From Bacillota bacterium (GTDB lineage: Bacteria; Bacillota; Sulfobacillia; Sulfobacillales; Sulfobacillaceae), in NCBI GenBank assembly GCA_026627385.1, contig JAPNUR010000005.1:94498-158497 (forward strand): a DNA stretch of 64,000 nucleotides, written 5' to 3'. Numbering within the stretch: the stretch's first letter is position 1; each line of letters opens with the position of its first letter. Made by a program: the position numbers and the translations under genes. Below are positions 16,913-26,807 of the stretch, in pieces. Below the pieces are notes generated by a model. That model was not told the origin of the DNA. It saw only the letters and a program-made list of their open reading frames with translations, and did not search any database.

Positions 16913-18195
16913 CTCTTCGCCAAGTTCGCCTGGCGCTCCCGCGCTAACTTGAGGACGGCCTGTTCATCAAATGTGGTAATCACGCCCTCTTGCAAGATCA
17001 TACGCCCTGCCACCACAACATACCGCACGTCAGCGCCGGTCGCCGAATAAACGACGTTAGCCAGCACATCCCATTCGGGCGTCACATGAGCCTGACCTCC
17101 GTCCAGCACAATCAAATCGCTCGGCCGACCGGGAGCCAAGAGACCACCATTATGGCCCAACACCGCGGCGGTACCGCGCGTAGCCGCCCAGAGCGCATCC
17201 CTTGCCCGAAAAGCGTCAGGACGCTGACCGCGCAACTTTTGCACCCAGGCCATCATTTTCATTTCCAAAAACATGTCCAAAGAATTGGTCGACGCCGCCC
17301 CATCGGTGCCTAAGCCCACGGCGACGCCAGCATCCGCCAGCAAGTGATACGGCATGATGCCGTTGCCGAGTTTGGCGTTCGATACGGGGCACGCGATGAC
17401 CCCTCCTTGTAACCCCTTAAGCCATGGAAGGTCCTCTTGGCTAATAAACACCCCGTGAGCAATTAACGTCCGCGAAGCAAAAATTCCGGTATCATAGGCC
17501 AATTGAATGGGACTTTTGCCGTAACTGGCGATGATTTGATCGACTTCCCCCTGCGATTCGCTCAGGTGGATGTGAATCCCCACGCCCTCATCTTGGGCTG
17601 CTCTCGCCACGCGTGCGAGATACTCGGGCGGGCAGGTATACGGCGCATGCGGGCCCAGCATGGTGTGAATGCGCCCCTCTGCCTGGCCTTCCCACGCTTG
17701 GCAAAATGCGACGCCTTCCTCTAGCTTCTGACCATCGGGGTCTTGGGACCCAACCAACCCGCGCGCCAGCCAGGCGCGAAGTCCCGCCTCTTTGACCGCT
17801 TGCGCCGCAGCATCCATGGCAAAATACATGTCAGCAAACCCTACCGTACCACTGTGAATCATCTCCGCGGCGGCCAACAACGTACCAATGTAGATATCGT
17901 TCGCCGTTAACCGCGATTCCAAGGGCCATACGTGTTGACTTAACCATTCAAACAGGGCACTGTCGTCGGCCATCCCACGCATCAACGACATGGCCGCGTG
18001 GTTATGGCCGTTCAACAATCCGGGCAATGCGATGCCCTCCGGGATGGCCACGGTTTGGTCCGCGTGGTGGCGACACCCCTCGGGCGGGCCCACGTATTGA
18101 ATGCCTGTTTCGTCGTACACCACCGTCCCGGGGCGGAAAATATCCCCTGCGTCATTCATGGTGATGACGGTTCCCACATCAAATCGCGTCAGCAC
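16909..18195 (-). CDS. mtaD: 5-methylthioadenosine/S-adenosylhomocysteine deaminase (amidohydrolase superfamily)
   Basis: Contains GLLNGHNHAAMSLMRG (HxH metal site), IHIHLSES and GLGTDGAASTN. GTG at 18195 has AGGAGGAG about 4 nt upstream. The neighbours are ahcY and mtnP. Confidence 0.8.
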   Translation of the reverse strand: MLTRFDVGTVITMNDAGDIFRPGTVVYDETGIQYVGPPEGCRHHADQTVAIPEGIALPGLLNGHNHAAMSLMRGMADDSALFEWLSQHVWPLESRLTANDIYIGTLLAAAEMIHSGTVGFADMYFAMDAAAQAVKEAGLRAWLARGLVGSQDPDGQKLEEGVAFCQAWEGQAEGRIHTMLGPHAPYTCPPEYLARVARAAQDEGVGIHIHLSESQGEVDQIIASYGKSPIQLAYDTGIFASRTLIAHGVFISQEDLPWLKGLQGGVIACPVSNAKLGNGIMPYHLLADAGVAVGLGTDGAASTNSLDMFLEMKMMAWVQKLRGQRPDAFRARDALWAATRGTAAVLGHNGGLLAPGRPSDLIVLDGGQAHVTPEWDVLANVVYSATGADVRYVVVAGRMILQEGVITTFDEQAVLKLARERQANLAKR

Positions 18196-18205
18196 TGATC
18201 TCCTC

Positions 18206-19447
18206 CTAGCTTTGCGCGAGATACGCGCGCTGCTCCTCACTGAGGGCATCGATCTGAATCCCTAGCGCTTCTAAGCGAATCGACGCCACCCAGGCGTCCA
18301 CACGCGGGTTCACCGCGTAAATGCCGGCTGGGCGAGGATCTTTGAGCAGATCCTCCAGAGACAACGCTTGGAGCGCAAAGGTGAGATCCATAATCTCCGC
18401 AGGATGTCCATCGCCGGCCGCCAGGTTGACCAAGCGCCCTTCGGCTAACAGCCATAAGACACGGCCATCCGCCATTTCATAGCCTACCACCTCGGGACTG
18501 CGGCCGGGTCGCGTCGCCCGGGCCAAGCGCTTCAACGCAGCCACATCGACTTCCACATCAAAGTGGCCCGCATTCGCTAAAATGGCTCCATCTTTCATGT
18601 GCTCAAAATGTTCCGCGCGAATGACGCCGTAGTTGCCGGTGACCGTCACAAAATAATCGCCGAGCGGCGCCGCCTGAGCCATCGTCATCACCCGATGGCC
18701 ATCCATCAACGCTTCATTGGCCCGTACGGGGTTCACTTCGGTGACAATAACCCGGGCACCCAGCCCGCGCGCCCGCTCCGCCACCCCCTTGCCGCACCAG
18801 CCGTAGCCAGCAATCACCACGGTTTTGCCTGCTACCACTAAATTGGTACTCCGCATAATCCCATCCCAGGTGGATTGACCGGTGCCATAGCGGTTGTCGA
18901 ATAGATGCTTCATGTCCGCATCATTGACCAAGATCATCGCATATCGCAAAAGGCCTTTCTGCGCCAGCGCTTTCAGTCGTGTGACTCCCGTCGTCGTCTC
19001 CTCGGCGCCGCCAATGATGCGCGCGGCTAAGCTTTGGCGGCTTGTATGCAGCCGCTCGGTTAACTCCCCTCCATCATCAATGATTAACGTAGGCTCCAAA
19101 TCCAGCACCCGGTGGTGGAGCATGTCAAACTCTTCCGTGCTAGCACCCCTAAAGGCGTGAACGATGACGCCGCGTTCAGCCAAGGCGGCAGCCACGTCAT
19201 CCTGTGCGGTTAACGGGTTGGAGCTCGTAATGGCCACCTCGGCTCCGCCTAAGTGGAGCAATTCGGCCAAAACGGCCGTTTTGGCCTCTAGGTGCAAGGA
19301 AATCGCCACGCGCTGGCCCCTGAACGGTTGTTCTGATTGGTAGCGGGTGCGAATCCGCCCAAGGATTGGCATATGCGCGCTGGCCCAATTCATCTTGTCG
19401 TGGCCTCGGCCGGCTAACGCCGGATTTTTTAGCGTATGCGTACCCAT
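18206..19447 (-). CDS. ahcY: Adenosylhomocysteinase
   Basis: Contains DDGGE, GAEETTTGV, NDADMKHLFDNRYGTGQS and the NAD site GYGWCGKG. An internal ATG (MGTHTLKNPALAGRG.., AAGGAG upstream) is preferred. The ORF track extends to 19570, overlapping mtnP. Confidence 0.9.
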   Translation of the reverse strand: MGTHTLKNPALAGRGHDKMNWASAHMPILGRIRTRYQSEQPFRGQRVAISLHLEAKTAVLAELLHLGGAEVAITSSNPLTAQDDVAAALAERGVIVHAFRGASTEEFDMLHHRVLDLEPTLIIDDGGELTERLHTSRQSLAARIIGGAEETTTGVTRLKALAQKGLLRYAMILVNDADMKHLFDNRYGTGQSTWDGIMRSTNLVVAGKTVVIAGYGWCGKGVAERARGLGARVIVTEVNPVRANEALMDGHRVMTMAQAAPLGDYFVTVTGNYGVIRAEHFEHMKDGAILANAGHFDVEVDVAALKRLARATRPGRSPEVVGYEMADGRVLWLLAEGRLVNLAAGDGHPAEIMDLTFALQALSLEDLLKDPRPAGIYAVNPRVDAWVASIRLEALGIQIDALSEEQRAYLAQS

Positions 19448-19490
19448 CAACTCCTTTGGAACTCCCTTCAAAACGGAAACTCCCATGCCG

Positions 19491-20261
19491 CTACGGCTGA
19501 CATGCGCATGAATACGATTCGCCCAACCGCGAGAGCCCCGCTTGTAAAAGCGCCTTGACGCGCTGGCCATGTTCAGCCATGACTTCTAAGACCTCTTCAT
19601 GTGTTAGCGGATGCGGGGAAAGACCGGCGGCAAAATTGGTGACCAGCGCCAACGAGATGTAGCACAGGCCTAACTCGCGGGCGAGGACCACTTCCGGCAC
19701 CCCCGTCATTCCTACCACATCGCCACCTAAGATGCGGTACGCGCGAATTTCCTGGGCTGACTCAAAGCGTGGACCCTCGGTAGCCACGTAAACGCCACCC
19801 ATCACCACCGGGAGCCCCAGTTCATGGGCGACCGCCAGCAACCGGGCGCGGCTCGCGTCGCAGTAGGGATCCGTCATGTCCGTGTGCCGCACCCCCTCAT
19901 CTCCTCCATCAAAGAAAGTCGCCGGCCGGCTCTTGGTAAAATCCAAAAATTGATCAACTAACACCATGCTGCCCGGCGGCATCGCGGTATTGAGGGACCC
20001 CACGGCAGCAGTCGCAATAATGCGCTTGACGCCCAATGCGTGTAACGCCCAGATATTCCCCCGGTAGTTCACGCGATGCGGGGGTAACGCATGGCCGGCT
20101 CCGTGGCGGTTCAGGAAGTAGACGCGGCCCGTTTGCCCCGACAACTCTCCTTGAAGCGCGACGACGCGACCGTAGGGCGTCGCGACTTCCACCTCTTGCA
20201 GGTTGCTCAGCCACGCCGGATCATACACCCCGGTCCCGCCAATGACTCCTACAATTGCCAT
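19491..20261 (-). CDS. mtnP: S-methyl-5'-thioadenosine phosphorylase
   Basis: 256 aa. VGVIGGTGVY, FLNRHG and the VGMTGVPEVVLAREL pattern are typical of MTAP/PNP family 2. Confidence 0.9.
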   Translation of the reverse strand: MAIVGVIGGTGVYDPAWLSNLQEVEVATPYGRVVALQGELSGQTGRVYFLNRHGAGHALPPHRVNYRGNIWALHALGVKRIIATAAVGSLNTAMPPGSMVLVDQFLDFTKSRPATFFDGGDEGVRHTDMTDPYCDASRARLLAVAHELGLPVVMGGVYVATEGPRFESAQEIRAYRILGGDVVGMTGVPEVVLARELGLCYISLALVTNFAAGLSPHPLTHEEVLEVMAEHGQRVKALLQAGLSRLGESYSCACQP

Positions 20262-20273
20262 CCTCTCATCTCC

Positions 20274-21086
20274 TCATGTGCCCCGGCTATCTACCGTCTC
20301 TAACACCACCCGCACCACTTCGGGTCGGGCTCCCCAGCGAATCGGAAGTTCTGACGTACCCAAGCCCCGCGATGTAATCAGCACCGGGCGGCCGGGAGAT
20401 TCTAAGCGCCCGGCCACATACGGCTCAGGAATGCGCGTGTGGCGGACCAGCACTCCCAATCCCGGCAAGACCACTTGCCCACCGTGGGTGTGACCCGCCA
20501 AAATCAGCGACACACGCTCGATGCCGGGAAGAAGCCATGCGTCCGGCCGGTGAGACAATAACACGGCACGATGGGACGACGCACGGAGGACTCCCAGAAC
20601 CTGATTCCAGTTGGGGCTCCCGCGCACCAGATCCGGGAGGCCCGCAAGCAGCAACGTCTCTCCGTTTTTCTGAATAGGAACCACGCGATTGTCCAACAGA
20701 CGCGCGCCCGGCTGCCAGGGCTCTACCGCGAGGCGATTCTGGTGATAATCGTGATTGCCCGACACGTAGTATGCGCCGTACGGCGCGCTCAGTGCATCCA
20801 ATCGCTGCGCGAGCGGCCGGCGCGGCCGCGTTGGCGAATAGAGGTCTCCGGTGACGGCCACCAGATCAGCGGTTGCAAGCCATTGTTGAAAAGGCGCCCA
20901 CGAAAAAACCCCCACCCGTCCATGAAGATCTGACAGGTGGAGGATGGAAAAGCCATCAAACGCTTCTGGCAGGTCGGCAATTTTGACGCGATATTCCACT
21001 GCCAACCAGTGATACGACTCCAGCGTCGAGACTATCAATCCCGCGGCTAACAGCCCGCCTGTCGCGATCAGAGCGGTTGTTCCCAT
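20274..21086 (-). CDS. Membrane-anchored metallophosphoesterase (calcineurin-like, YkuE-type)
   Basis: N-terminal TM helix, then ILHLSDLHG, TGDLY, GNHDY and GHTHGGQV. Confidence 0.85.
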   Translation of the reverse strand: MGTTALIATGGLLAAGLIVSTLESYHWLAVEYRVKIADLPEAFDGFSILHLSDLHGRVGVFSWAPFQQWLATADLVAVTGDLYSPTRPRRPLAQRLDALSAPYGAYYVSGNHDYHQNRLAVEPWQPGARLLDNRVVPIQKNGETLLLAGLPDLVRGSPNWNQVLGVLRASSHRAVLLSHRPDAWLLPGIERVSLILAGHTHGGQVVLPGLGVLVRHTRIPEPYVAGRLESPGRPVLITSRGLGTSELPIRWGARPEVVRVVLETVDSRGT

Positions 21087-21089
21087 GGA

Positions 21090-21512
21090 TTAATATCCCC
21101 CGACAAGTTCCTCCGGCCGAAAGTACAACTGTATCTCTCGTTCCGCCGATTCCGGACTGTCCGAACCGTGTACCACATTTTGCGTAATTTCCAGCCCGAA
21201 ATCGCCCCGAATGGTCCCCGGTGCCGCGTTCACCGGATCGGTCGCCCCCATCAGTGTGCGCGCGACTTGCACCGCATCCCGGCCTGCAAACACCATGGCT
21301 ACCACCGGCCCAGAGGTGATAAACGTAATAAGCTCCTGATAAAAGGGTTTCTCCCGATGCTCCGCGTAGTGCTGGGCTGCCAATTCCGGGGTGATCTCCA
21401 TCAGTTTCATCGCGACCAGATGTAAACTCTTTTGTTCAAACCGCCGGATAACCTCGCCCACCAAGCCGCGACGGACGCCATCCGGTTTGACCATGACGAA
21501 TGTCGACGCCAA
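21090..21512 (-). CDS. ndk: Nucleoside-diphosphate kinase
   Basis: Contains [19 protein letters not shown] and NVVHGSDS (active-site His). Confidence 0.95.
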   Translation of the reverse strand: MASTFVMVKPDGVRRGLVGEVIRRFEQKSLHLVAMKLMEITPELAAQHYAEHREKPFYQELITFITSGPVVAMVFAGRDAVQVARTLMGATDPVNAAPGTIRGDFGLEITQNVVHGSDSPESAEREIQLYFRPEELVGGY

Positions 21513-21529
21513 AATTCATCCTCCTGTCG

Positions 21530-21913
21530 TCAAACCGCCGCCTTTTCCTTTTCGCTGGAATTGTCCACAAAGACGCCCCTTAATGTTTCCGAAGCGTGAA
21601 AATTTTGCGCGCGGAATTGCTCGACAATGTAGTGGCAGGCATCCCAGGGGTTGACCGAATCACCGCACGTAAACACATCGACGGCGGCGTATCCGAGTTC
21701 CGGCCATGTATGGACCGCTAAATGCGACTCGGAAATGACCACCACTCCGCTAACCCCTTGGGGACTAAACTTGTGGAAGGCCACTTCCCGAATTTCTGCA
21801 CCCGCTTTAAGTGCGGCACTCACCATAATCCGTTCAACGGCGCCGTGATCATTCAAGATCCCACTGTCGCAACCGTGAACTTCTGCCAAAATGTGTCGAC
21901 CCAATGCGTTCAT
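21530..21913 (-). CDS. speH: S-adenosylmethionine decarboxylase proenzyme (small, SpeH type)
   Basis: 127 aa. Contains LGRHILAEVHGCD and the self-processing site VVISESHLAVHTWPE. Confidence 0.9.
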   Translation of the reverse strand: MNALGRHILAEVHGCDSGILNDHGAVERIMVSAALKAGAEIREVAFHKFSPQGVSGVVVISESHLAVHTWPELGYAAVDVFTCGDSVNPWDACHYIVEQFRAQNFHASETLRGVFVDNSSEKEKAAV

Positions 21914-21980
21914 CGCATTCCCAACCCCCTTTGAAGGAATTGAGCTCGTCCTTCAGATACCTGTCCGACGGCCAGAGAAT

Positions 21981-22008
21981 ATTGTATCAAATGCCCCCCA
22001 TCTGTCAA
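21981..22008 (-). promoter_or_regulatory. Sigma-A-type promoter with extended -10, upstream of speH
   Basis: Minus-strand sense: TTGACA, 16-nt spacer, TGaTACAAT. It lies about 68 nt upstream of the speH ATG. The leader contains a hairpin (21932..21955) just 5' of the AAAGGGGG ribosome-binding site. Confidence 0.5.
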
Positions 22009-22142
22009 CAAAATTATGCGTTTATACAGTAAATGTCTCTAAAAAAGTGTACTTGTCTGGGACAATCTCTTGCGCACGTGGTTTTTTACCGAATTTCTCG
22101 CGATCCCTTGATATTGCCCCGCAATTTCGAGCCGGCGCCCGC

Positions 22143-22613
22143 CTACGAATGCACCGGATCATGCCCCTCTTGCGCCAATTCGCCACTAATCGCGGCTAGC
22201 ATGGCGCGCGAATTTTCCCGAAGCGCGACGCGCGCCACCGGGTTGAGCAACGAGGCCAGCATCGGTACCCCAAATTCAAATTCTGTGACTAACGTCACGC
22301 GCGTGCCGTCACCGCTAGCGCTGAGCGCCCAGTACCCGCGAAACTCCTTTAAGTCCCCCTCCGTCTGTTCATAGGTGATGCGAAAGTTTTGGGGATCAAA
22401 AAGATCCTTTTCAACCCAGCGAAAGCGCGCCCCTTTCAGCCGCGCGTGCCACTCCGTCACCGTATACCCGTCACCGCGTTCCAAGACTTTAATAGACTCG
22501 ACGTTCTTCATAAACCGAGGGTAGGATTCCATATCAGAGACGACACGATACACGCGGTCAATAGGGGCGGACACAAGTTCAGTGACTTCGACGAGAGGCA
22601 TGACCTTCACCAC
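22143..22613 (-). CDS. SRPBCC-superfamily protein (polyketide cyclase/dehydrase, RatA/CoQ10-like)
   Basis: 156 aa. SAPIDRVYRVVSDMESYPRFM...W and the later beta-rich pattern are typical of the cyclase/dehydrase fold. Confidence 0.65.
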   Translation of the reverse strand: MVKVMPLVEVTELVSAPIDRVYRVVSDMESYPRFMKNVESIKVLERGDGYTVTEWHARLKGARFRWVEKDLFDPQNFRITYEQTEGDLKEFRGYWALSASGDGTRVTLVTEFEFGVPMLASLLNPVARVALRENSRAMLAAISGELAQEGHDPVHS

Positions 22614-22640
22614 ACTTTCTTAAGACGATTCGACTTGCGA

Positions 22641-23882
22641 TTACGCTAACTCATCCTTCACGGCGTTCACCGCCGCTAACGACTGGTCAAAGGCCATCAG
22701 CGCTTCTTCTAATTGAGCGCGTTCGACGACCAATGGCGGCAACAGACGAATGACGCGTTCATTGTTCAGGGTATACACGGCCAAAATGTGTCGCTGAAAC
22801 AGCTCTGCCATGACCATTCCGGCAAACCCCGCCTGGTGAAATTCGAGGCCAATCATGAGGCCCCGCCCGCGCACCGACGCTAGCACCTCAGGATACCGCT
22901 CACGGAGCGCCCGAAGTTCTGAGATTAACCAATCCCCTAGCTCCCTGGCCCGTTCTGGCAAGCGCTCCTCCACGGTCACGTTCAACGCCTCCAACGCCAC
23001 CCGCGCGGCCAACGGGTTGCCGCCAAAGGTTGACGTGTGGATCAAGGGATTTTCGTCAAAAATGCGCCACACCCAAGGCCGCCCGACCACTGCGCCAATC
23101 GGCATTACCCCGCCGCCCAAGGCTTTGGCGAGGCAGAGGAGGTCAGGCACCACCTGGCTGTACTCGACCGCAAATAGCCACCCGGTATGCCCCATCCCGG
23201 TCTGCACCTCATCGGCAATCATGGCGGCCCCAAATTGATCACATAGCGCCCGAACGCCCGGCAGATACTCATCCGGCGGGACAACGATACCCCCTTCTCC
23301 TTGGATGGGCTCAACAATCACCGCCGCCACCTCTTCGGACATCTCACGGGCCAACGCCGTTAAGTCTCCGTAAGGCACGTGGCGGATATCAGGAACTAGC
23401 GGCAAAAACGGTGCCTGATACAATTCCCGCCCAGACACCGAGAGCGCCCCATAGGTCTTGCCGTGAAAGGCTCCGGTCGTTGCGACAATGGTGCGCCGGC
23501 CGGTGCTCCCGCGCGCGATTTTGAGCGCCGCTTCAACGGCTTCAGTCCCAGAATTGCAAAAAAAACTATACGTAAGGTCGCCAGGGGTCAAAGAGGCCAA
23601 CCGTTCCGCCAAGGCCACTTGAGGCGGGCTCACTAAAACCCGGGAAGACAAGGGCATTTGATCTAACTGTTGATGGGCAGCCGCAATGATGCGGGGATGG
23701 CGATAACCTTGGGCAAACACCCCATAGCCGCCAGCCAGATCTAAGTAGGACTGGCCCTCATCGTCGACCACCAGGGCCCCTTCGCCTGTCACCTCGGCGT
23801 GGTCAAGCCCCATGAAGCGGTAGGTGCGGGCCAAACTGGGGTTGATGAAGTGTTCGTAGCCCCACAACACATCGTCTGGCAT
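22641..23882 (-). CDS. Class-III PLP-dependent aminotransferase (acetylornithine/putrescine/GABA aminotransferase family)
   Basis: Contains FCNSGTEAVEAALKIAR, ADEVQTGMGHTG and the LAKALGGGVMPIGA lysine site. An internal ATG at 23882 has AAGGAGAGGA upstream. Confidence 0.85.
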   Translation of the reverse strand: MPDDVLWGYEHFINPSLARTYRFMGLDHAEVTGEGALVVDDEGQSYLDLAGGYGVFAQGYRHPRIIAAAHQQLDQMPLSSRVLVSPPQVALAERLASLTPGDLTYSFFCNSGTEAVEAALKIARGSTGRRTIVATTGAFHGKTYGALSVSGRELYQAPFLPLVPDIRHVPYGDLTALAREMSEEVAAVIVEPIQGEGGIVVPPDEYLPGVRALCDQFGAAMIADEVQTGMGHTGWLFAVEYSQVVPDLLCLAKALGGGVMPIGAVVGRPWVWRIFDENPLIHTSTFGGNPLAARVALEALNVTVEERLPERARELGDWLISELRALRERYPEVLASVRGRGLMIGLEFHQAGFAGMVMAELFQRHILAVYTLNNERVIRLLPPLVVERAQLEEALMAFDQSLAAVNAVKDELA

Positions 23883-23976
23883 TCTCGTCCTCTCCTTCGC
23901 GAATAGGGTGTGTCCCAACGGAACGCAAAATCCATTCGCTACCGATTATACTGAAGTCTCGGACAGCATCCTACCG

Positions 23977-24888
23977 CTAGAGCCACTGTCTACGGCGAAA
24001 AATCCAGTACAGGCTCGTGGAGACGACACCAATAATGGTCAAAATGACGAAAAATCCCCACCGGTAGTGGGCCAGGGGAAGGTAATCAAAGTTCATGCCA
24101 TAGAGAGCCGCCATTAAGGACGCTGGCAATAGCACCGTCGTGAGCAAGGTTAAGGTTTTCACAATCTCGTTCAAGCGGTTGGACACGGTGTTCAAATATA
24201 AATCCATGACCGAGTTGACAAGTTCGCTGGACGCGCTGGCAGCGTCAAATACCCGGATCACGTGATCGTATAATTCGAAGGCGTACACCGCATCTCGGGG
24301 CTCTCGCGTGGTCCAGAAGCGCACCATCTGAGCGGTCACGTCCCTCAGCGACGCCACCACGCGCCGCATGTGGTACCCTTCGCGCTTTAAACCGAACAGC
24401 TCGCTCTTAAGCTCCTTGGCGCGCGAGGCGTTAAACACCCGTTGCTCCACCTGATTTATGGCATCATTAAAATGGTCCAACGCGTCAAAGAGACCCACCA
24501 TGAGATCGTCTACTACGGTATAGACGATGCGCGTCGCGGAATAAGGCCCGTCCGGGTTATCCAAGAGCTTCGCCTTTACGTGAAAGAGGCCGCGGATGGG
24601 CTCGTACGCGTAGGTGACCATCACCTCAGACGACACCCAGAAGTCTAAGGGCGTCACGCGGGTCATCGAGTGCGCATCGCGAAGGACCACTAACCAGCGA
24701 AACGCGTAAAAATCCGTGAAGTGAGCAAACTGTGCGCGGATGGGGTCGCCTTGCGGTTCCGCAAAAACCGGTATCATCTGCATAGCCTGTAATCTCCGTA
24801 AGAGTTCGCGGCGATCACTTTGCACGTGGTACCAGTGCACTGTCGTCTCGTTTCCGTGAAAGACCGCGTGAAAGCTTTCTCCGGCCAT
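23977..24888 (-). CDS. corA: CorA-family magnesium/cobalt transporter
   Basis: Contains the YGMNF signature (ALYGMNFDYLP) followed by the last TM helix. The internal ATG at 24888 (GGAGGGG 5 nt upstream) is preferred because the longer ORF runs into the tRNA terminator. Confidence 0.9.
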   Translation of the reverse strand: MAGESFHAVFHGNETTVHWYHVQSDRRELLRRLQAMQMIPVFAEPQGDPIRAQFAHFTDFYAFRWLVVLRDAHSMTRVTPLDFWVSSEVMVTYAYEPIRGLFHVKAKLLDNPDGPYSATRIVYTVVDDLMVGLFDALDHFNDAINQVEQRVFNASRAKELKSELFGLKREGYHMRRVVASLRDVTAQMVRFWTTREPRDAVYAFELYDHVIRVFDAASASSELVNSVMDLYLNTVSNRLNEIVKTLTLLTTVLLPASLMAALYGMNFDYLPLAHYRWGFFVILTIIGVVSTSLYWIFRRRQWL

Positions 24889-24925
24889 CGGATCCCCTCC
24901 AAATGAAGAGCGTACCCGATGAGCC

Positions 24926-24955
24926 ATAAAAAATGCTCTGCGCCTTGCAGAGCAT
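24926..24955 (-). terminator. Rho-independent terminator after tRNA-Pro
   Basis: Minus-strand sense: AUGCUCUGC-AAGGC-GCAGAGCAU followed by UUUUUAU. Confidence 0.6.
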
Positions 24956-24960
24956 AAAAA

Positions 24961-25037
24961 TGGTCGGACTGGCGGGATTCGAACCCACGACCTCTACCAC
25001 CCCAAGGTAGCGCGCTACCAAACTGCGCCACAGCCCG
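24961..25037 (-). tRNA. tRNA-Pro, anticodon GGG, with encoded CCA
   Basis: The reverse complement CGGGCTGTGGCGCAGTTTGGTAGCGCGCTACCTTGGGGTGGTAGAGGTCGTGGGTTCGAATCCCGCCAGTCCGACCA folds as a cloverleaf. The acceptor stem is CGGGCUG/CAGUCCG, the anticodon stem CUACC/GGUAG, the loop UUGGGGU and the T-loop GGTTCGAATCC. Confidence 0.95.
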
Positions 25038-25049
25038 AAATCCATTTTC

Positions 25050-25078
25050 ATCATATCAAATTCATCGCTAGCTGGCAA
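25050..25078 (-). promoter_or_regulatory. Sigma-A-type promoter for tRNA-Pro
   Basis: Minus-strand sense: TTGCCA, 17 nt, TATGAT. The -10 ends 12 nt before the mature tRNA 5' end. Confidence 0.45.
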
Positions 25079-25282
25079 GCACGGTTAGGCCCCTGGGACG
25101 GTGAGTCCACCGGGGATGATGATGTCAACGGAACATGACCGCTTTCACACCGCTCTGTCCCACGACCGCGGTATTTCGTGGGGCACTCATGAAGATATCC
25201 CTGGTGGCAAATGTCACTATCTCGACACCGTCTATCCTCAGCATGATACAATGCCTCGTAGCAACATGAGGAGCGTGGACGC

Positions 25283-26662
25283 ATGAAGGGCATCAGCAAA
25301 TGGGGCCCGTGGAGCCTCTTCAGTGGTGCGATGGCATTCATCATGGCAGGTTGCAGCAACGCGCCATTGAAGCCTGCTGCCACCCCTTATGTGTACGATA
25401 CCACTCTCACAGTCGCCACGCCGCCGGTCACCAATATTGATCCACTGGCCGGGACCACGGCGGGGGACCAGCTGTTCGATCAAATGGTGTATCAGACGCT
25501 CACGACATTAAGTCCCAACGGCCGTGCTGAACCAGGACTGGCCAGCAGCTGGCATGTTAACCGCACTGGCACCGTGTGGACTATTCAGCTCAACCCGTTT
25601 GCGAAATGGTGGACCGGGCGACCCGTCACCGCCCGCGATGTGGCGTGGACTCTTGAATTATATCAAAACCCGAAGACAGGCTTTGTCGATCGCGCAGAGC
25701 TCCAGAATGTGGCCAAGGTGGCGGTACAATCACCCACCGTTTTCACCATTCGCCTAAAAACCCCCGATCCCGATTTTGCAGCCAATGTTCTCTCGCCAAC
25801 GGGGCATCTCTATATTTTGCCGCGGTTTCTTTTGGCACGCGTGCCACCCGCCAGTATCAAACGAGCGGTGGCGCTAACCCAACTCAAGGATGTCGTGGGA
25901 TCGGGGCCGTACCGGCCTATTGACTGGACGTCGCACAACCTGGTGTGGCTTGCCTATCCGCACTATCTTTACGGCCCCCCGCATGTGAAATATTTAGCAT
26001 GGTGGTGGACGCCCTTGCCAACAGGCGCACCCGAGATGCGTTGGACCTGGCAACGGGTCTGGCCGGTCACCTCCCACGACCGTGTGATTCTCGACACTAG
26101 CACCACCGCCTGGGTGTTGGTCGTGCATGCGGGCACGGGCCAGCTATCGGCCTCACGGCTGGCGACGGTCCTCTCGCTCGCCACCAACCGCCGTCTACTG
26201 CCTGGGATCCCGGCGCCCAGCACCCGGTGGCCAGGGGGTCGGGCAGCCAACTGGTCGCGCAGCGAGGATGCTTTTCGTCGTCAGCTGCACGCTGCCGGAT
26301 ATCGGCGGACCCCAGCGGGGTGGGTTTCTGGCACCGGGACTCCCCTAAGCTTGACATTGGAAATCCCCGAGGACTCCTATGGCCAACGTCTGGCAAACTC
26401 TCTGATGGAGCAATGGCGTCGGCGCGGCCTGGTGATCATCCCCATCCCCGCCAGCCTAGCGAGCGCCGTCAATGTCACGTTGGCGCCAATGGTGGCAACC
26501 CCTGTCCCTGAACCTTTGCCGGCCGACCAGGTGACGCTTGCCTGGGAGCCGCAGAATTGGATCGTGACCCGTCGGTTGGAGGACTGGACGGCCAATCCCT
26601 GGCAACCCTTTGGCCAAGTCCAAACGTGGAGGCTGAAGCCATCTAGACGATCGCACCATTAA
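25283..26662 (+). CDS. ABC transporter substrate-binding lipoprotein, family 5 (peptide/nickel type)
   Basis: Contains a lipobox-like signal (FIMAGCSN). LVYQTL..L.PNG...PGLASSW......WT..L... .KWW.G.PVTA.DV is the typical SBP_bac_5 N-terminal lobe. Confidence 0.8.
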   Translation: MKGISKWGPWSLFSGAMAFIMAGCSNAPLKPAATPYVYDTTLTVATPPVTNIDPLAGTTAGDQLFDQMVYQTLTTLSPNGRAEPGLASSWHVNRTGTVWTIQLNPFAKWWTGRPVTARDVAWTLELYQNPKTGFVDRAELQNVAKVAVQSPTVFTIRLKTPDPDFAANVLSPTGHLYILPRFLLARVPPASIKRAVALTQLKDVVGSGPYRPIDWTSHNLVWLAYPHYLYGPPHVKYLAWWWTPLPTGAPEMRWTWQRVWPVTSHDRVILDTSTTAWVLVVHAGTGQLSASRLATVLSLATNRRLLPGIPAPSTRWPGGRAANWSRSEDAFRRQLHAAGYRRTPAGWVSGTGTPLSLTLEIPEDSYGQRLANSLMEQWRRRGLVIIPIPASLASAVNVTLAPMVATPVPEPLPADQVTLAWEPQNWIVTRRLEDWTANPWQPFGQVQTWRLKPSRRSHH

Positions 26663-26807
26663 TGCTTTGAGATGCTAAAATATTGTCGAGGGACATTGTT
26701 GTCGGGAGAAATCAGAGGCTTCCTCTGTGAGATCACCCGCGCAAATCCCCAGACGCTTTTACCGGGTTCGGACCGCGTGCCACCCTGAAAGCGAAGGAGG
26801 CGGACGA

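Noticed and set aside
24774-25078. Two minus-strand ORFs (85 and 87 aa) between corA and the ABC transporter
   Set aside because: Both run through the tRNA-Pro(GGG) gene and its terminator, so they are artefacts.
24961-25282. tRNA-Pro as an integration site for a genomic island
   Set aside because: There is no integrase gene, no direct repeat of the tRNA 3' end and no compositional break that I can see. The flanking genes are ordinary (corA and an ABC importer).
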